Shown: one piece after another, positions 41,921-51,426 of the stretch
Layout: each line of letters begins with the position of its first letter
Position numbering within the stretch: position 1 is the first letter of the stretch
Source: Nitrosopumilus sp.
Lineage (GTDB): Archaea; Thermoproteota; Nitrososphaeria; Nitrososphaerales; Nitrosopumilaceae
Assembly (NCBI GenBank): GCA_965197525.1
Contig: OZ240211.1
Coordinates: 1,280,001-1,344,000 of the forward strand
Length of the DNA: 64,000 nt
Direction of reading: 5' to 3'
Made by a program: the position numbers and the translations under genes
Notes under the pieces: generated by a model
What the model was told of the DNA's origin: nothing
Database searches by the model: none
The model's input: only the letters and a program-made list of their open reading frames with translations

Positions 41921-42637
41921 CTAGACTTCCCACTGCCATCTGTAATTTATATACGAGTCTAACTTGTTTTGGTGAAACACCATTACCGACATGTCAGAGA
42001 ATTCTTTATCTTCCAACTCTTTTACCATACCCATAAACTGTGTTTCATTTTTTGTTGTTACCGCCTCAAACACGTGAACTTTCATCTTGACAGTATCAAA
42101 CCCACGTTCTTTAAGGTACTTGGCAACCTCTGATGGCATAAAATGTTTGTCTGGTCGTTTTGGCCATGGTCTGGGAACTAATACCACATTATACCCATCA
42201 ATTATTGCTTTCTGTAATTCTAGTTTTTTATCTTCAATCGACGCAGTTACATGCATTGTGATTACTTTGGACTTGTCAAGTGGAACTTGTGCCTTTGCTG
42301 CAGCAACCTGAACCGAACTAATACCTGGAATAATTTCCACCCGTCCAAAAATCTCTGTCAGCCTGTCAACAACCTCCGACTCTGAAAAATTTACATCACC
42401 GGTAAATGGAACTACCAAGATTTTCTCATCCGTTCCCAAGAGAATTTTTTGATAAGTTTCCTCCTGATCGCTCATTGTAATCTCATGAATCTCTTTCCCT
42501 TTCGTCCACTCCTCTATCGTACTCAAGGTGTATTTATAACCAATAACAATATCGCAACTCTGAATAATCTCCTTTACAACCCCCGTTACATATTTTGGAG
42601 AACCAGGACCAACACCTACCGCAAAAACTTTTCTCAA
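41921..42637 (-). CDS. cbiE: Precorrin-6Y/cobalt-precorrin-7 methyltransferase
   Basis: VGVGPG, TGDVNFS, IIPGISSVQVAAAK tetrapyrrole methylase motifs. Confidence 0.8.
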   Translation of the reverse strand: MRKVFAVGVGPGSPKYVTGVVKEIIQSCDIVIGYKYTLSTIEEWTKGKEIHEITMSDQEETYQKILLGTDEKILVVPFTGDVNFSESEVVDRLTEIFGRVEIIPGISSVQVAAAKAQVPLDKSKVITMHVTASIEDKKLELQKAIIDGYNVVLVPRPWPKRPDKHFMPSEVAKYLKERGFDTVKMKVHVFEAVTTKNETQFMGMVKELEDKEFSDMSVMVFHQNKLDSYINYRWQWEV

Positions 42638-42639
42638 TC

Positions 42640-43179
42640 TTATTTTACAAAACTTTGTCTGTCTTTAATATATTGCACAAAAGATGCCCAATCAACCTTC
42701 ATGTATTTTGTTGGCTCTTTTGCAGGATATTTTACCCAATCTTGAGCTATTGAGTATTGATGCTTCTCTTTTTGGCCATCCTTTTCATACTCAAGCTGTA
42801 ATGAACTGCCCCAATCCTTCTCCGTATAACCAATACTAGTAATATCATCAAAACCTAACTCAACATTTCGTTCATCCTCTAAATCATTCATAAGATCTTC
42901 TTCATTATACCCATCATGCCGAATCATCACATTTCTTGACCTTATGAAAGTAATCACCTGTCTCTGCGTGATTGCCTTCCACCAATTTATCTTTGACTCT
43001 GTCTTATGCACGAACATGAGGTGCTTATCTGTTAGTATCAACATACCTTCCCTTCCCCCGATTGACAGAAACTTTTTAGACTCTCTCCAAACCGAAACTA
43101 TATGAGCTTGGATCTTCTCATCAGATAGCACACTATTAATCCATTTGACTTTATTAAAAACTAATACGGTCTTATTCAA
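42640..43179 (-). CDS. Hypothetical protein
   Basis: 179-aa ORF; EGMLILTDKHLMFV suggests a PH-like beta fold. Confidence 0.7.
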   Translation of the reverse strand: MNKTVLVFNKVKWINSVLSDEKIQAHIVSVWRESKKFLSIGGREGMLILTDKHLMFVHKTESKINWWKAITQRQVITFIRSRNVMIRHDGYNEEDLMNDLEDERNVELGFDDITSIGYTEKDWGSSLQLEYEKDGQKEKHQYSIAQDWVKYPAKEPTKYMKVDWASFVQYIKDRQSFVK

Positions 43180-43350
43180 ATTTTATTTTTTATCTCTTGT
43201 AGATTCTTCCTTACAGGCAACACGTGCGCACACTCTGTTACCATATTTTATTTATTAAACAATACAAGATCGTGATCTCTTGACTTGTATAATTTTTAGT
43301 TTAAAATTTAGACAGCACTAAAATACAATTAGCTTTTAAAGAAGTGTTTA

Positions 43351-44910
43351 TTGATGAAATTATTGAATAAAATATTCCTTATTATTGCAGTCTCGCTATT
43401 TGCAATTGGTTTTACCAACCACGCCTTTGCTCAGTATGACGACAAACTAGTTGTGTTGAACACAAACCATGGAAGCATCATAATTGATTTTTTCCCAGAC
43501 GATGCCCCAAACCATGTAGAGAATTTTATCAAATTAACTGAATCTGGTTATTATGATGACGTGTTATTTCATAGAATTATTCCCGACTTTATGATTCAAG
43601 GCGGTGATCCAAACACAATTGATGGCGATCCGAGTACTTGGGGAACCGGCGGCCCTGCAACAAATCTGGATGCAGAGTTTAATAACATCAAACACAATCG
43701 TGGCATAGTCTCAATGGCTAGGGCTCAAGATCCAAACAGTGCAGGATCACAGTTTTTCATAGTACATAAAGATGCTAACTTTCTTGATGGTCAATATACC
43801 GTGTTTGGCAGAATAGCAACTGAAGAGAGCTTTGCAACTCTTGACAAAATTGCCGCAGTAGAAACAAACGACAGAGACGCTCCCTTGGATCCTCAATACG
43901 CCAGAATTCTATCCGTACTTGTGCTTGATGAAGCTAATGTTCCCGATCTTCTTGAACTAGATGAGCCGCAACGCATTGACACCTTCTCCAACCCCAATAC
44001 ATCTATTCCTCCCCCTGTAGGGGATACAACGTTTGAAAGTGTTGAGCATGATATTAAATTTGATATACCTGAAGGTTGGCTTTTACAAGAATTAGATAAC
44101 ACAGATCCGAACGCTCCTGACATGGTTGCGTTAGGTCCTACAATAGGAAACTTCCCTGCGGCCATATCCTTATCTGTGGAGCAAACTAATGGACAAACAT
44201 TAGATGAGATCGTGGCTGCCGATTTTGAGATTCTAAAAGAAGCTATTGAAGGGAAAATCTTGACAATAATTTCACAAGAGGACACCACCATCATTGACAA
44301 CGAGTCACACAGTGTTGTTGCAGAGAGTGTTTTTGACCTTGGCGGCCAGCCTACTTATATAAAATTCGAGAAAACCATAATCTATGATGAGGAAAAATAT
44401 TATGTATTTACCTATTTTGATGACAAGGACGATTTTGATACACATTTACCACAATTTACGAAACTAATTAACTCTATTGAAATAATATCCGAGCCTACTG
44501 CTTCTACTGACGCCGGCGACATTGACACCGGATCCTCTGATGAAAATGGCGGCTGTTTGATTGCTACTGCAACATTTGGTTCTGAATTGGCACCCCAAGT
44601 ACAACAACTAAGAGAACTCAGAGACAACACCATCTTATCAACGGAATCTGGAACTGCTTTTATGAATGGATTTAACCAGTTTTACTACTCTTTTTCACCA
44701 ATGATTGCTGATCTAGAACGCGAAAACCCACTGTTCAAAGAAATAGTCAGACTCTCAATTACTCCAATGCTAACTACCCTCTCAATCCTTAATCATGTCG
44801 AAGTTAACTCTGAAGCTGAGATGATATCAGTGGGTCTATCAATTATTATGTTGAATGTTGGAATGTATTTTGTAGCACCTGCCGCAATAATTTACAAGAT
44901 CAGACGATAA
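43351..44910 (+). CDS. Secreted cyclophilin + PsbP-like domain + CFI-box-CTERM protein
   Basis: Signal peptide; FHRIIPDFMIQGGDP; KFDIPEGW; C-terminal GGCLIATATFGSELAPQVQQLRELRD. Confidence 0.88.
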   Translation: MMKLLNKIFLIIAVSLFAIGFTNHAFAQYDDKLVVLNTNHGSIIIDFFPDDAPNHVENFIKLTESGYYDDVLFHRIIPDFMIQGGDPNTIDGDPSTWGTGGPATNLDAEFNNIKHNRGIVSMARAQDPNSAGSQFFIVHKDANFLDGQYTVFGRIATEESFATLDKIAAVETNDRDAPLDPQYARILSVLVLDEANVPDLLELDEPQRIDTFSNPNTSIPPPVGDTTFESVEHDIKFDIPEGWLLQELDNTDPNAPDMVALGPTIGNFPAAISLSVEQTNGQTLDEIVAADFEILKEAIEGKILTIISQEDTTIIDNESHSVVAESVFDLGGQPTYIKFEKTIIYDEEKYYVFTYFDDKDDFDTHLPQFTKLINSIEIISEPTASTDAGDIDTGSSDENGGCLIATATFGSELAPQVQQLRELRDNTILSTESGTAFMNGFNQFYYSFSPMIADLERENPLFKEIVRLSITPMLTTLSILNHVEVNSEAEMISVGLSIIMLNVGMYFVAPAAIIYKIRR

Positions 44911-44974
44911 CAATAACAGCCACACCAAATCTACAAAATCAACAAGTTTTATTGAAAGTATGATGGTATGGTAA

Positions 44975-46339
44975 TTACCACACATCATCTACTTCATCGA
45001 GTGGCTTGTATTCTTTTTGCGCCTTTACATTTAATATTTTTAATCTTGCAATATCCCTATCAAAGAACAGATCTATTATCCAATCAAGAAGTACCCTAGT
45101 TCTTTTGTCGATTGTTGAAATTTTTGAAAGATATACATTCCTCCAAAGCAACCACGCCCAAAATCCTGAAATATTCATTCCAAAGAACGAAGCAATTCCT
45201 GTCCTTTTTCCAATAATTGCCATTTGTCCTTTGCTACGATACACAAATTTTTTTTTAGCAGTATTTGTGATCAACGCTATCAAGTTTTTTGCAGCGATCT
45301 CTGCTTGTGATTCAGCAATTTGTGCAGTAGGAGGCAACGGCCGTTTTGTCTTAGGCTCTATAAATAATGCTGAATCACCAATTGCAAAGATTCCTGGAAA
45401 TTCTGGAACCTCTAGATATTCATTAACTACAATCTTCCCTCTCTCCGTTTTAAACATTGATCTCTTAATTGTGTTTACTGGAGTGACTCCTGCAGTCCAA
45501 ACTAAAGTTTTAGTAATTATTGAATTAATTTCTGGCCCATCTGACGACTCGTTATCCAACGACTTTATCATGACTTCATCTCCATCAAATGAAGTTACTG
45601 CAGTTTTTAATTTTATTTCAATCCCTCTCTCTGTCATTTTTTCTTTAGCAAAATTTGCTAATTTTTCATTAAATCCAGGCAAAATTATTTCCAGTGCTTC
45701 TAACACGATTACTCTGATATCTTCTTTAAGAATAGTAGGGTAATGCTTACGCGCATCTAATAACAAATCCATTAACTCACCGGCAGTCTCAATTCCAGCA
45801 AAGCCTCCGCCCACTACCACAAAAGTCAAAAACTTTTTACGACGAATAGTATCAGTTTCATTTACCGCTTGTTCTAACATATCAATTACCCGACCTCTTA
45901 ACATGAGTGCGTCATTCAATGTCTTCATAGTATATGCATTCACTTCAACATCTGGCATTCCAAAGAAGTTAGTCTCACTACCAAGTGCAAGTACCAAAAA
46001 ATCATAATGAATCGATAGACTCCTCTTATCTCTGGTTCCCCATAAAGTTACTATTTTTCCATATGGATCAATGTTTTTGATACGGCCCTCATAAAATTTT
46101 GTTTTTTTACATATGGTTCTAATAGGCAAAACAATATGTCTTGCTTCAATCATTGCAGACGCAACCTGTGGTAACATTGGTGTAAACAATAGGAAATTAT
46201 CTTCACTTACAATTACCAATTCTACCTCAGGATCGTCACCAAACTGTGATTCTAACTTTCTGGCACATTTTATTCCAGCAAAGCCTCCGCCTAAAATTAC
46301 AATTTTTTTCTTATTTTTAGCCAAATATGTCCTTCTCAT
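44975..46339 (-). CDS. Type II NADH dehydrogenase-family flavoprotein
   Basis: Two Rossmann motifs (ILGGGFAG, VVGGGFAGIETAGE), LVWTAGV, FAIGD, PPTAQIA. Confidence 0.93.
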   Translation of the reverse strand: MRRTYLAKNKKKIVILGGGFAGIKCARKLESQFGDDPEVELVIVSEDNFLLFTPMLPQVASAMIEARHIVLPIRTICKKTKFYEGRIKNIDPYGKIVTLWGTRDKRSLSIHYDFLVLALGSETNFFGMPDVEVNAYTMKTLNDALMLRGRVIDMLEQAVNETDTIRRKKFLTFVVVGGGFAGIETAGELMDLLLDARKHYPTILKEDIRVIVLEALEIILPGFNEKLANFAKEKMTERGIEIKLKTAVTSFDGDEVMIKSLDNESSDGPEINSIITKTLVWTAGVTPVNTIKRSMFKTERGKIVVNEYLEVPEFPGIFAIGDSALFIEPKTKRPLPPTAQIAESQAEIAAKNLIALITNTAKKKFVYRSKGQMAIIGKRTGIASFFGMNISGFWAWLLWRNVYLSKISTIDKRTRVLLDWIIDLFFDRDIARLKILNVKAQKEYKPLDEVDDVW

Positions 46340-47037
46340 AGTTTAGAAGAATATATGCTATAAACAATTAATTGTTAAATATTTTATTTTATTTTTTGAA
46401 CTATTATTGAGATTTATTATACTATTATGCTTGTTTTTTTACAAATTATTGTATTTAATTCTAATAATAAACAATAATAACAAAGGCACATTATTGATCA
46501 TTTAATTGAAACAGAATAACCACCAACGATTGTTTCATTTTAGCAAACTATGACGCACCAAAACAACACTACACACACATTATATTATCTGGACGACGCC
46601 TCCGTCCAAAATTTATGAAATTTCCTAATTGTAACTAAGTTGACTGTTTAACAAATACAACAAACGATTGTAAATCTGCTTAGATGTATCACAAACTCAG
46701 CTAAACTATACTTATTATATACATCAGTCATTACAATATTATTTTACTTGACGGTTGTAATTCATCAAAAGTATGATTACATAAGATAATACAGTAATAA
46801 TATAGATATAACTGAACAATATACCGAATATGTGTAGTTAAATGAAGACTAATAAGTTGAATCTTGATGCATGAAAATTACTCAAAAATAATTCTGATGG
46901 ATTTATTATATTTGTATTAGTATGATAGGTATGAAATCCGATTATATCGAAAAACAAATCTACACACAAAAAATAGCCAAAGCATAGGAACATCCAGTTG
47001 TACTTTGTGACTCAGATAACAAGACGGAGGTAATACG

Positions 47038-47187
47038 TTGAGCTCTGACATTAAACGCCTTGCTGACTATCTTGGCCTTACCGTTGAACAAGCTGAGAGA
47101 GAGGCAGATCGTAATATGAATCCCATGAAGTATGTTGATTCTACTTGGTCGAAACCCAAACTAGATGAACAAAACAACCAAGATTAG
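47038..47187 (+). CDS. Putative 49-aa microprotein
   Basis: TTG start 6 nt after GGAGGT; MSSDIKRLADYLGLTVEQAEREADRNMNPMKYVDSTWSKPKLDEQNNQD. Confidence 0.5.
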   Translation: MSSDIKRLADYLGLTVEQAEREADRNMNPMKYVDSTWSKPKLDEQNNQD

Positions 47188-47535
47188 ATGATCACGAGGT
47201 TCTCAAACCAATTAATTAATTCCTCCAAATGGCAGATCTGTTACTACCAAATACACATTACACATTTTCTAAAATCAGAAAAATATAACACACAACATAG
47301 TAATTAATCTCACTTTCAATCATATTTCTCAAATGTTTTTTATTATTCAATTAACCACAAATTTGTAACATATAACACCGATTACAGACAGTTCTTAATT
47401 TGTTAATTAATTTAACAGTTAGATCAAACATTCTTTAAACACAGACCATATTCAATATCAAAACAAGTGCACATTATCAATAACTATTGTTAAGATTTTA
47501 AATAATAAAAAGAGGTTAAAATTGATTGAGTTAAT

Positions 47536-47835
47536 CTAGTCGATTAATTCAGTCCAACCTTTGACGAAGACGGAGTTCTTGTAGAGTGGAACTGGTTGTC
47601 CAACTGTAAAGTCCATTGGTCTCATCCAAAAGATCGCTTTTGTTGGGCATACACCGATGCATGCACCATCAGAAATACATCTCTCTGGATAAAATACAAA
47701 TGCTTTACCTCTTTTCCAGCCTTCAACTGGTTTTACTCTAAGGACATCTGGACCTAATGTAGTACAGATTTCTACGCATAGTGCGCATCCGATACACATC
47801 TGTTCACTGATGTCTGGAATAATTCCTACTGGCAT
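47536..47835 (-). CDS. 4Fe-4S dicluster ferredoxin
   Basis: CIGCALCVEIC and CISDGACIGVCP. Confidence 0.93.
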   Translation of the reverse strand: MPVGIIPDISEQMCIGCALCVEICTTLGPDVLRVKPVEGWKRGKAFVFYPERCISDGACIGVCPTKAIFWMRPMDFTVGQPVPLYKNSVFVKGWTELID

Positions 47836-47889
47836 TATGAAATTAAATCTTGAATCATCATTAATATAATTTACCTAAAATTATCATGC

Positions 47890-47926
47890 TATAACGGCGT
47901 TTGTTGTTTTATAACGGCGTTATAAA
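47890..47926. promoter_or_regulatory. Tandem palindromic operator upstream of the ferredoxin gene
   Basis: TTTATAACG-G-CGTTATAAA (47908-47926) plus a partial copy TATAACGGCGTT starting exactly 20 bp to the left. Confidence 0.65.
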
Positions 47927-47964
47927 TCATTATAATAGTGCTTGAGACATTATTTTACAACCTT

Positions 47965-48576
47965 TCAAAGTGGCAAGATTGTAAGGCCGTCTATATTTTT
48001 TTGAAGAAGGTAATTTTTTGTGTTCTTGGACTGTAAGATATAACGTCCTCCTGGGGATAAAAGCCACCTATCATTCTCTGACTTTCTTACCATACCGGTT
48101 ATAACTACCGAGGACTTGGGCTGCCTCACAAAGGATGTTAGTAGCATGATACATGAGTGAACAAATTGTGCATGCTTTTGACTGCCCAATAAATTGTAAA
48201 CTCCATTTAAGGAATCAATGATCACCAAAGACTTCTCTTTTGACGCCTTGGATATCACTCTAGACAGCTTATCTCCCCAATCTCTCTTATTTGGTGTGAG
48301 AATTGATACACCCTCCCTTTTTTGAATCATGCCTGATCTAATATATCCTGTATAAAGCAAGTCAAGATCAATAAAGATGACAGATTCATTTCTTGAATTA
48401 ATTAACCTATCAAGAAACTCTATTTTATGAAAAGGTTCTAAACAAGAAACAATATTTGGATTATACTGATCAAACTCGTTTTGAATCCACTCTAAACTAT
48501 TTTCTACGACGCGTTCAAGGTTTTTATCCAATATCCCTTTAGCGTCGTGTAGATATAATAATGAATATAGTATCAA
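47965..48576 (-). CDS. Hypothetical protein, degenerate RecA/KaiC-like fold
   Basis: LVIIDSLNGVY Walker-B-like segment; no intact Walker A seen. Confidence 0.55.
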   Translation of the reverse strand: MILYSLLYLHDAKGILDKNLERVVENSLEWIQNEFDQYNPNIVSCLEPFHKIEFLDRLINSRNESVIFIDLDLLYTGYIRSGMIQKREGVSILTPNKRDWGDKLSRVISKASKEKSLVIIDSLNGVYNLLGSQKHAQFVHSCIMLLTSFVRQPKSSVVITGMVRKSENDRWLLSPGGRYILQSKNTKNYLLQKNIDGLTILPL

Positions 48577-49724
48577 AAGACGTCTCTGACGACTTTCCTA
48601 AATCTGAGAAGATCTATCTAAACAACGCGTCTGTTTCCCTTATGCCTCTGAAAAGTATTGAAGCCATGAACGAATTTCTAATGACGTATAATTCGTTAGG
48701 TCCTGACTCAAAGGATGCAGGACCGTTCATCAATGAAAAACTACAAAATGTCAGAAGGATCATCTCCAAGATCATCTCCTGTCAGCCAGACGAGGTAGTT
48801 CTTACTCAAAGCACAACTGACGGAATTAACTTTGTAGCAAATGGATTATCCTTTGATAGCAATTCTAGTATTATTATTCGTGGAATGGCACATGAACACC
48901 ATTCTAATTTCTATCCCTGGATTAAATTAAAGGAAAAACAGATTTCCATAAAAAACTTAACGATTGACGATAATGGTTTTTTCAATTTAGATGATCTAAA
49001 ATCATATGTTAGTAATAATTCTAGTACAAAACTAGTTGCATTAAGTCATGCACTGTATAACACTGGCGCTTTGTTACCTGTCAATACAATAGGTGAAATT
49101 CTTCAAGAACACCACGTACCCTTCTTTCTTGATAGTGCACAAACTGTAGGATGTATAGACGATGCAAGCACATCAAAAATACAATGTGATTTTATGTCTT
49201 TTAACGGCTCCAAATGGCTTTGTGGTCCAATGGGTACAGGATTATTTTATTGTAGGAGAGAATCAAGTCACTTACTCCAACCAACAACGATTGGTGGTGA
49301 ATCTGGAATGGTTTACGACGATACCAAGATTGCATTTAAAGATCTGCCTGATAAATTTCAAACTGGTTTTAGAAATTATGTAGGAATTGTTGGATTAGAG
49401 TCATCTGCTAACTATTTAGTGAATTTTGGTATAAACAACATTCAGCAAAAAAACCAGCACCTCTCCAACCTTCTTAGAGAAGAGTTGATAAAAATTCCAA
49501 ATGTTACACTATATGGCCCAAAAGACAAAGATGACAGGACTAGCATTGTCTCCTTTAACATTAGAGGAGTCAGCTCCCAAGAAGTTGTAGATAGACTTGA
49601 AAAACAGAATATTATTCTAGCTGTAAGAGAGATCTTTGATCAAAAGATCGTACGTGCATCTCCGCACTTCTTCAACACAGAATCTCAAATACAAAAAACA
49701 GTTGATGCAATAAAACAACTATAG
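48561..49724 (+). CDS. Cysteine desulfurase-like class V aminotransferase
   Basis: YLNNAS, HEHHSN, LDSAQ, FNGSKWLCGP, RASPHFFN. Confidence 0.9.
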   Translation: MNIVSKDVSDDFPKSEKIYLNNASVSLMPLKSIEAMNEFLMTYNSLGPDSKDAGPFINEKLQNVRRIISKIISCQPDEVVLTQSTTDGINFVANGLSFDSNSSIIIRGMAHEHHSNFYPWIKLKEKQISIKNLTIDDNGFFNLDDLKSYVSNNSSTKLVALSHALYNTGALLPVNTIGEILQEHHVPFFLDSAQTVGCIDDASTSKIQCDFMSFNGSKWLCGPMGTGLFYCRRESSHLLQPTTIGGESGMVYDDTKIAFKDLPDKFQTGFRNYVGIVGLESSANYLVNFGINNIQQKNQHLSNLLREELIKIPNVTLYGPKDKDDRTSIVSFNIRGVSSQEVVDRLEKQNIILAVREIFDQKIVRASPHFFNTESQIQKTVDAIKQL

Positions 49725-49976
49725 ATCTTCTTGCTCTTCAATTACCATCATAGTCAAGGTTGACTGGACTTTGTTAATTCTTCTGATCTTATTTGTAATT
49801 ATTGCACGAAGATTCTCTCCGTTCTCTGAAGATATTTTTATAATAATATCGTATATGCCGTATATTCCCTGAATCTCAAACTGCACGTCCTCTTCTGAGA
49901 GAATCTGTTTTAATTCACTGATAATTGACTGGTCTGATCCCAAATCTGAATTTACTAATACATACGCAGTCGACAT
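49719..49976 (-). CDS. Stand-alone Lrp/AsnC ligand-binding (RAM) domain protein
   Basis: AYVLVN..GIYGIYDIIIKI..IRRINKVQSTLTM. Confidence 0.88.
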   Translation of the reverse strand: MSTAYVLVNSDLGSDQSIISELKQILSEEDVQFEIQGIYGIYDIIIKISSENGENLRAIITNKIRRINKVQSTLTMMVIEEQEDL

Positions 49977-50009
49977 CTAACAACCACATTTAATGACATT
50001 ATTTAATCC

Positions 50010-50017
50010 TTGATTAC
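50010..50017. repeat. 8-bp target-site duplication TTGATTAC (second copy at 52961-52968)
   Basis: Exact direct repeat abutting both TIRs. Confidence 0.85.
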
Positions 50018-51426
50018 GGGACTTAAATACCTAGGTTACATTTCTGCACCAGAGTTTTTTTCTGACAGTCCAACAAATCATTCACAGCTTGGTTCTTGCC
50101 GTCTTTTTTAGAAACAACATGGTGTAAGCCATGTCTTGATTCTTTTGTCTTATGACGATAATCCCTACCGCCACTAATAACACTGACACTATTAGATGTG
50201 CCATTTTTATTAGCTAAAATAATATTTTCCATGCTGTCACACCTGTAGTTTCCATATCTGTCTACAAGCGGGAGCCTTCGTATGCACGGAAGTCCGTAAT
50301 GTCTGATGTTTGCGCCGGCGTTACCGTCTGCATCGCACAAAAATCCACAGCATACGCATTGAAACACATCCCTGGTGGTTCTAGAGTTACAGTTGATCAT
50401 ATTACACTTACTACACGTTATGCTGGTGTAGTGCGGAACAATCTCAAGTGTTTTGGTTCCATGGTTTTCGGCAGTCATTTTTATTCTATCCCCCATTCTT
50501 CCCATACCTGCCCCGTAAATCTCCCTGTTAAGACCGCTTTTCCACTTTTCATTTTTTGCAGTTATATTGCCAATGTTTAGTTTTTCCATGACTATCACTC
50601 CTGTTCTCATCACAATCTGTTTGGCAAGGAAATTATTGTGCTCTGTTCTTCTGTTGTTGAGTGTTTTTTTCATCCTCTTCAATTTGCGATCATTTTTTTC
50701 CATCTGTTACTATGCAGTTTGTGATCATCTCTTTTTGACTGTTGTTTTGAGATCACATCATCTTTTTTTCTCCTACAGGTATAAGGTGTCCTGTAAAAAT
50801 CGGCGTTTATTCCGTCATGAACTACTAGGGATCTCTTAACTCCCATGTCTATTCCGCATACGACTGTACAATTCATATTTTTAGGTCTCCGTATTTTTAG
50901 TGTCAGATGGATCTCAAACGTGCGGTTCGAATCGTTTGTATTGGCAGTGATTTTTTTGGTGTTCTCTACAAGCCTGTATGATACAATGTTGGTCTGATAG
51001 AATTTGCTAGTGCTGTTTTTGTCTCTTTCACATACCAGCTGCTTTGGAAGACTCTTCAAAGACGACAACAGCTCCACCTGGCCTATACTAGGCAGGTTCA
51101 TGTACAGTTTTTTCCACTTTCTCATCCTTAGCGAGGGATTCTGACCGTTTACTGTTATGGATGCATGCTTTGCATTTTTGGAGTTTCTGAACAAACTGTT
51201 TCTGTCAATCCATTTGTTTGGTTTGAGATTTTTAAATGACATGTGCCAGTTGTGGTTCTTACCCCCAGTCTTTTTTGCCCAATTTCGTACTCTACGTTTT
51301 TTTGCGCAGGATTTCAAATGTTTGTCTGCCGTATCATGCCCCTGTTGGAACGCAGTCGTTGCCACATTGGTGTGGTATCTGTTGCTCCATGGTATGGTGT
51401 GATGTATATTAGTAATGGCACGACTT

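Noticed and set aside
50010-50013. TCAA on the minus strand as a classical IS605 right end
   Set aside because: The TCAA is part of the 8-bp sequence duplicated at the other end, and the 20/25 inverted repeat starts exactly at the TSD edge on both sides. Kept only as the alternative hypothesis.
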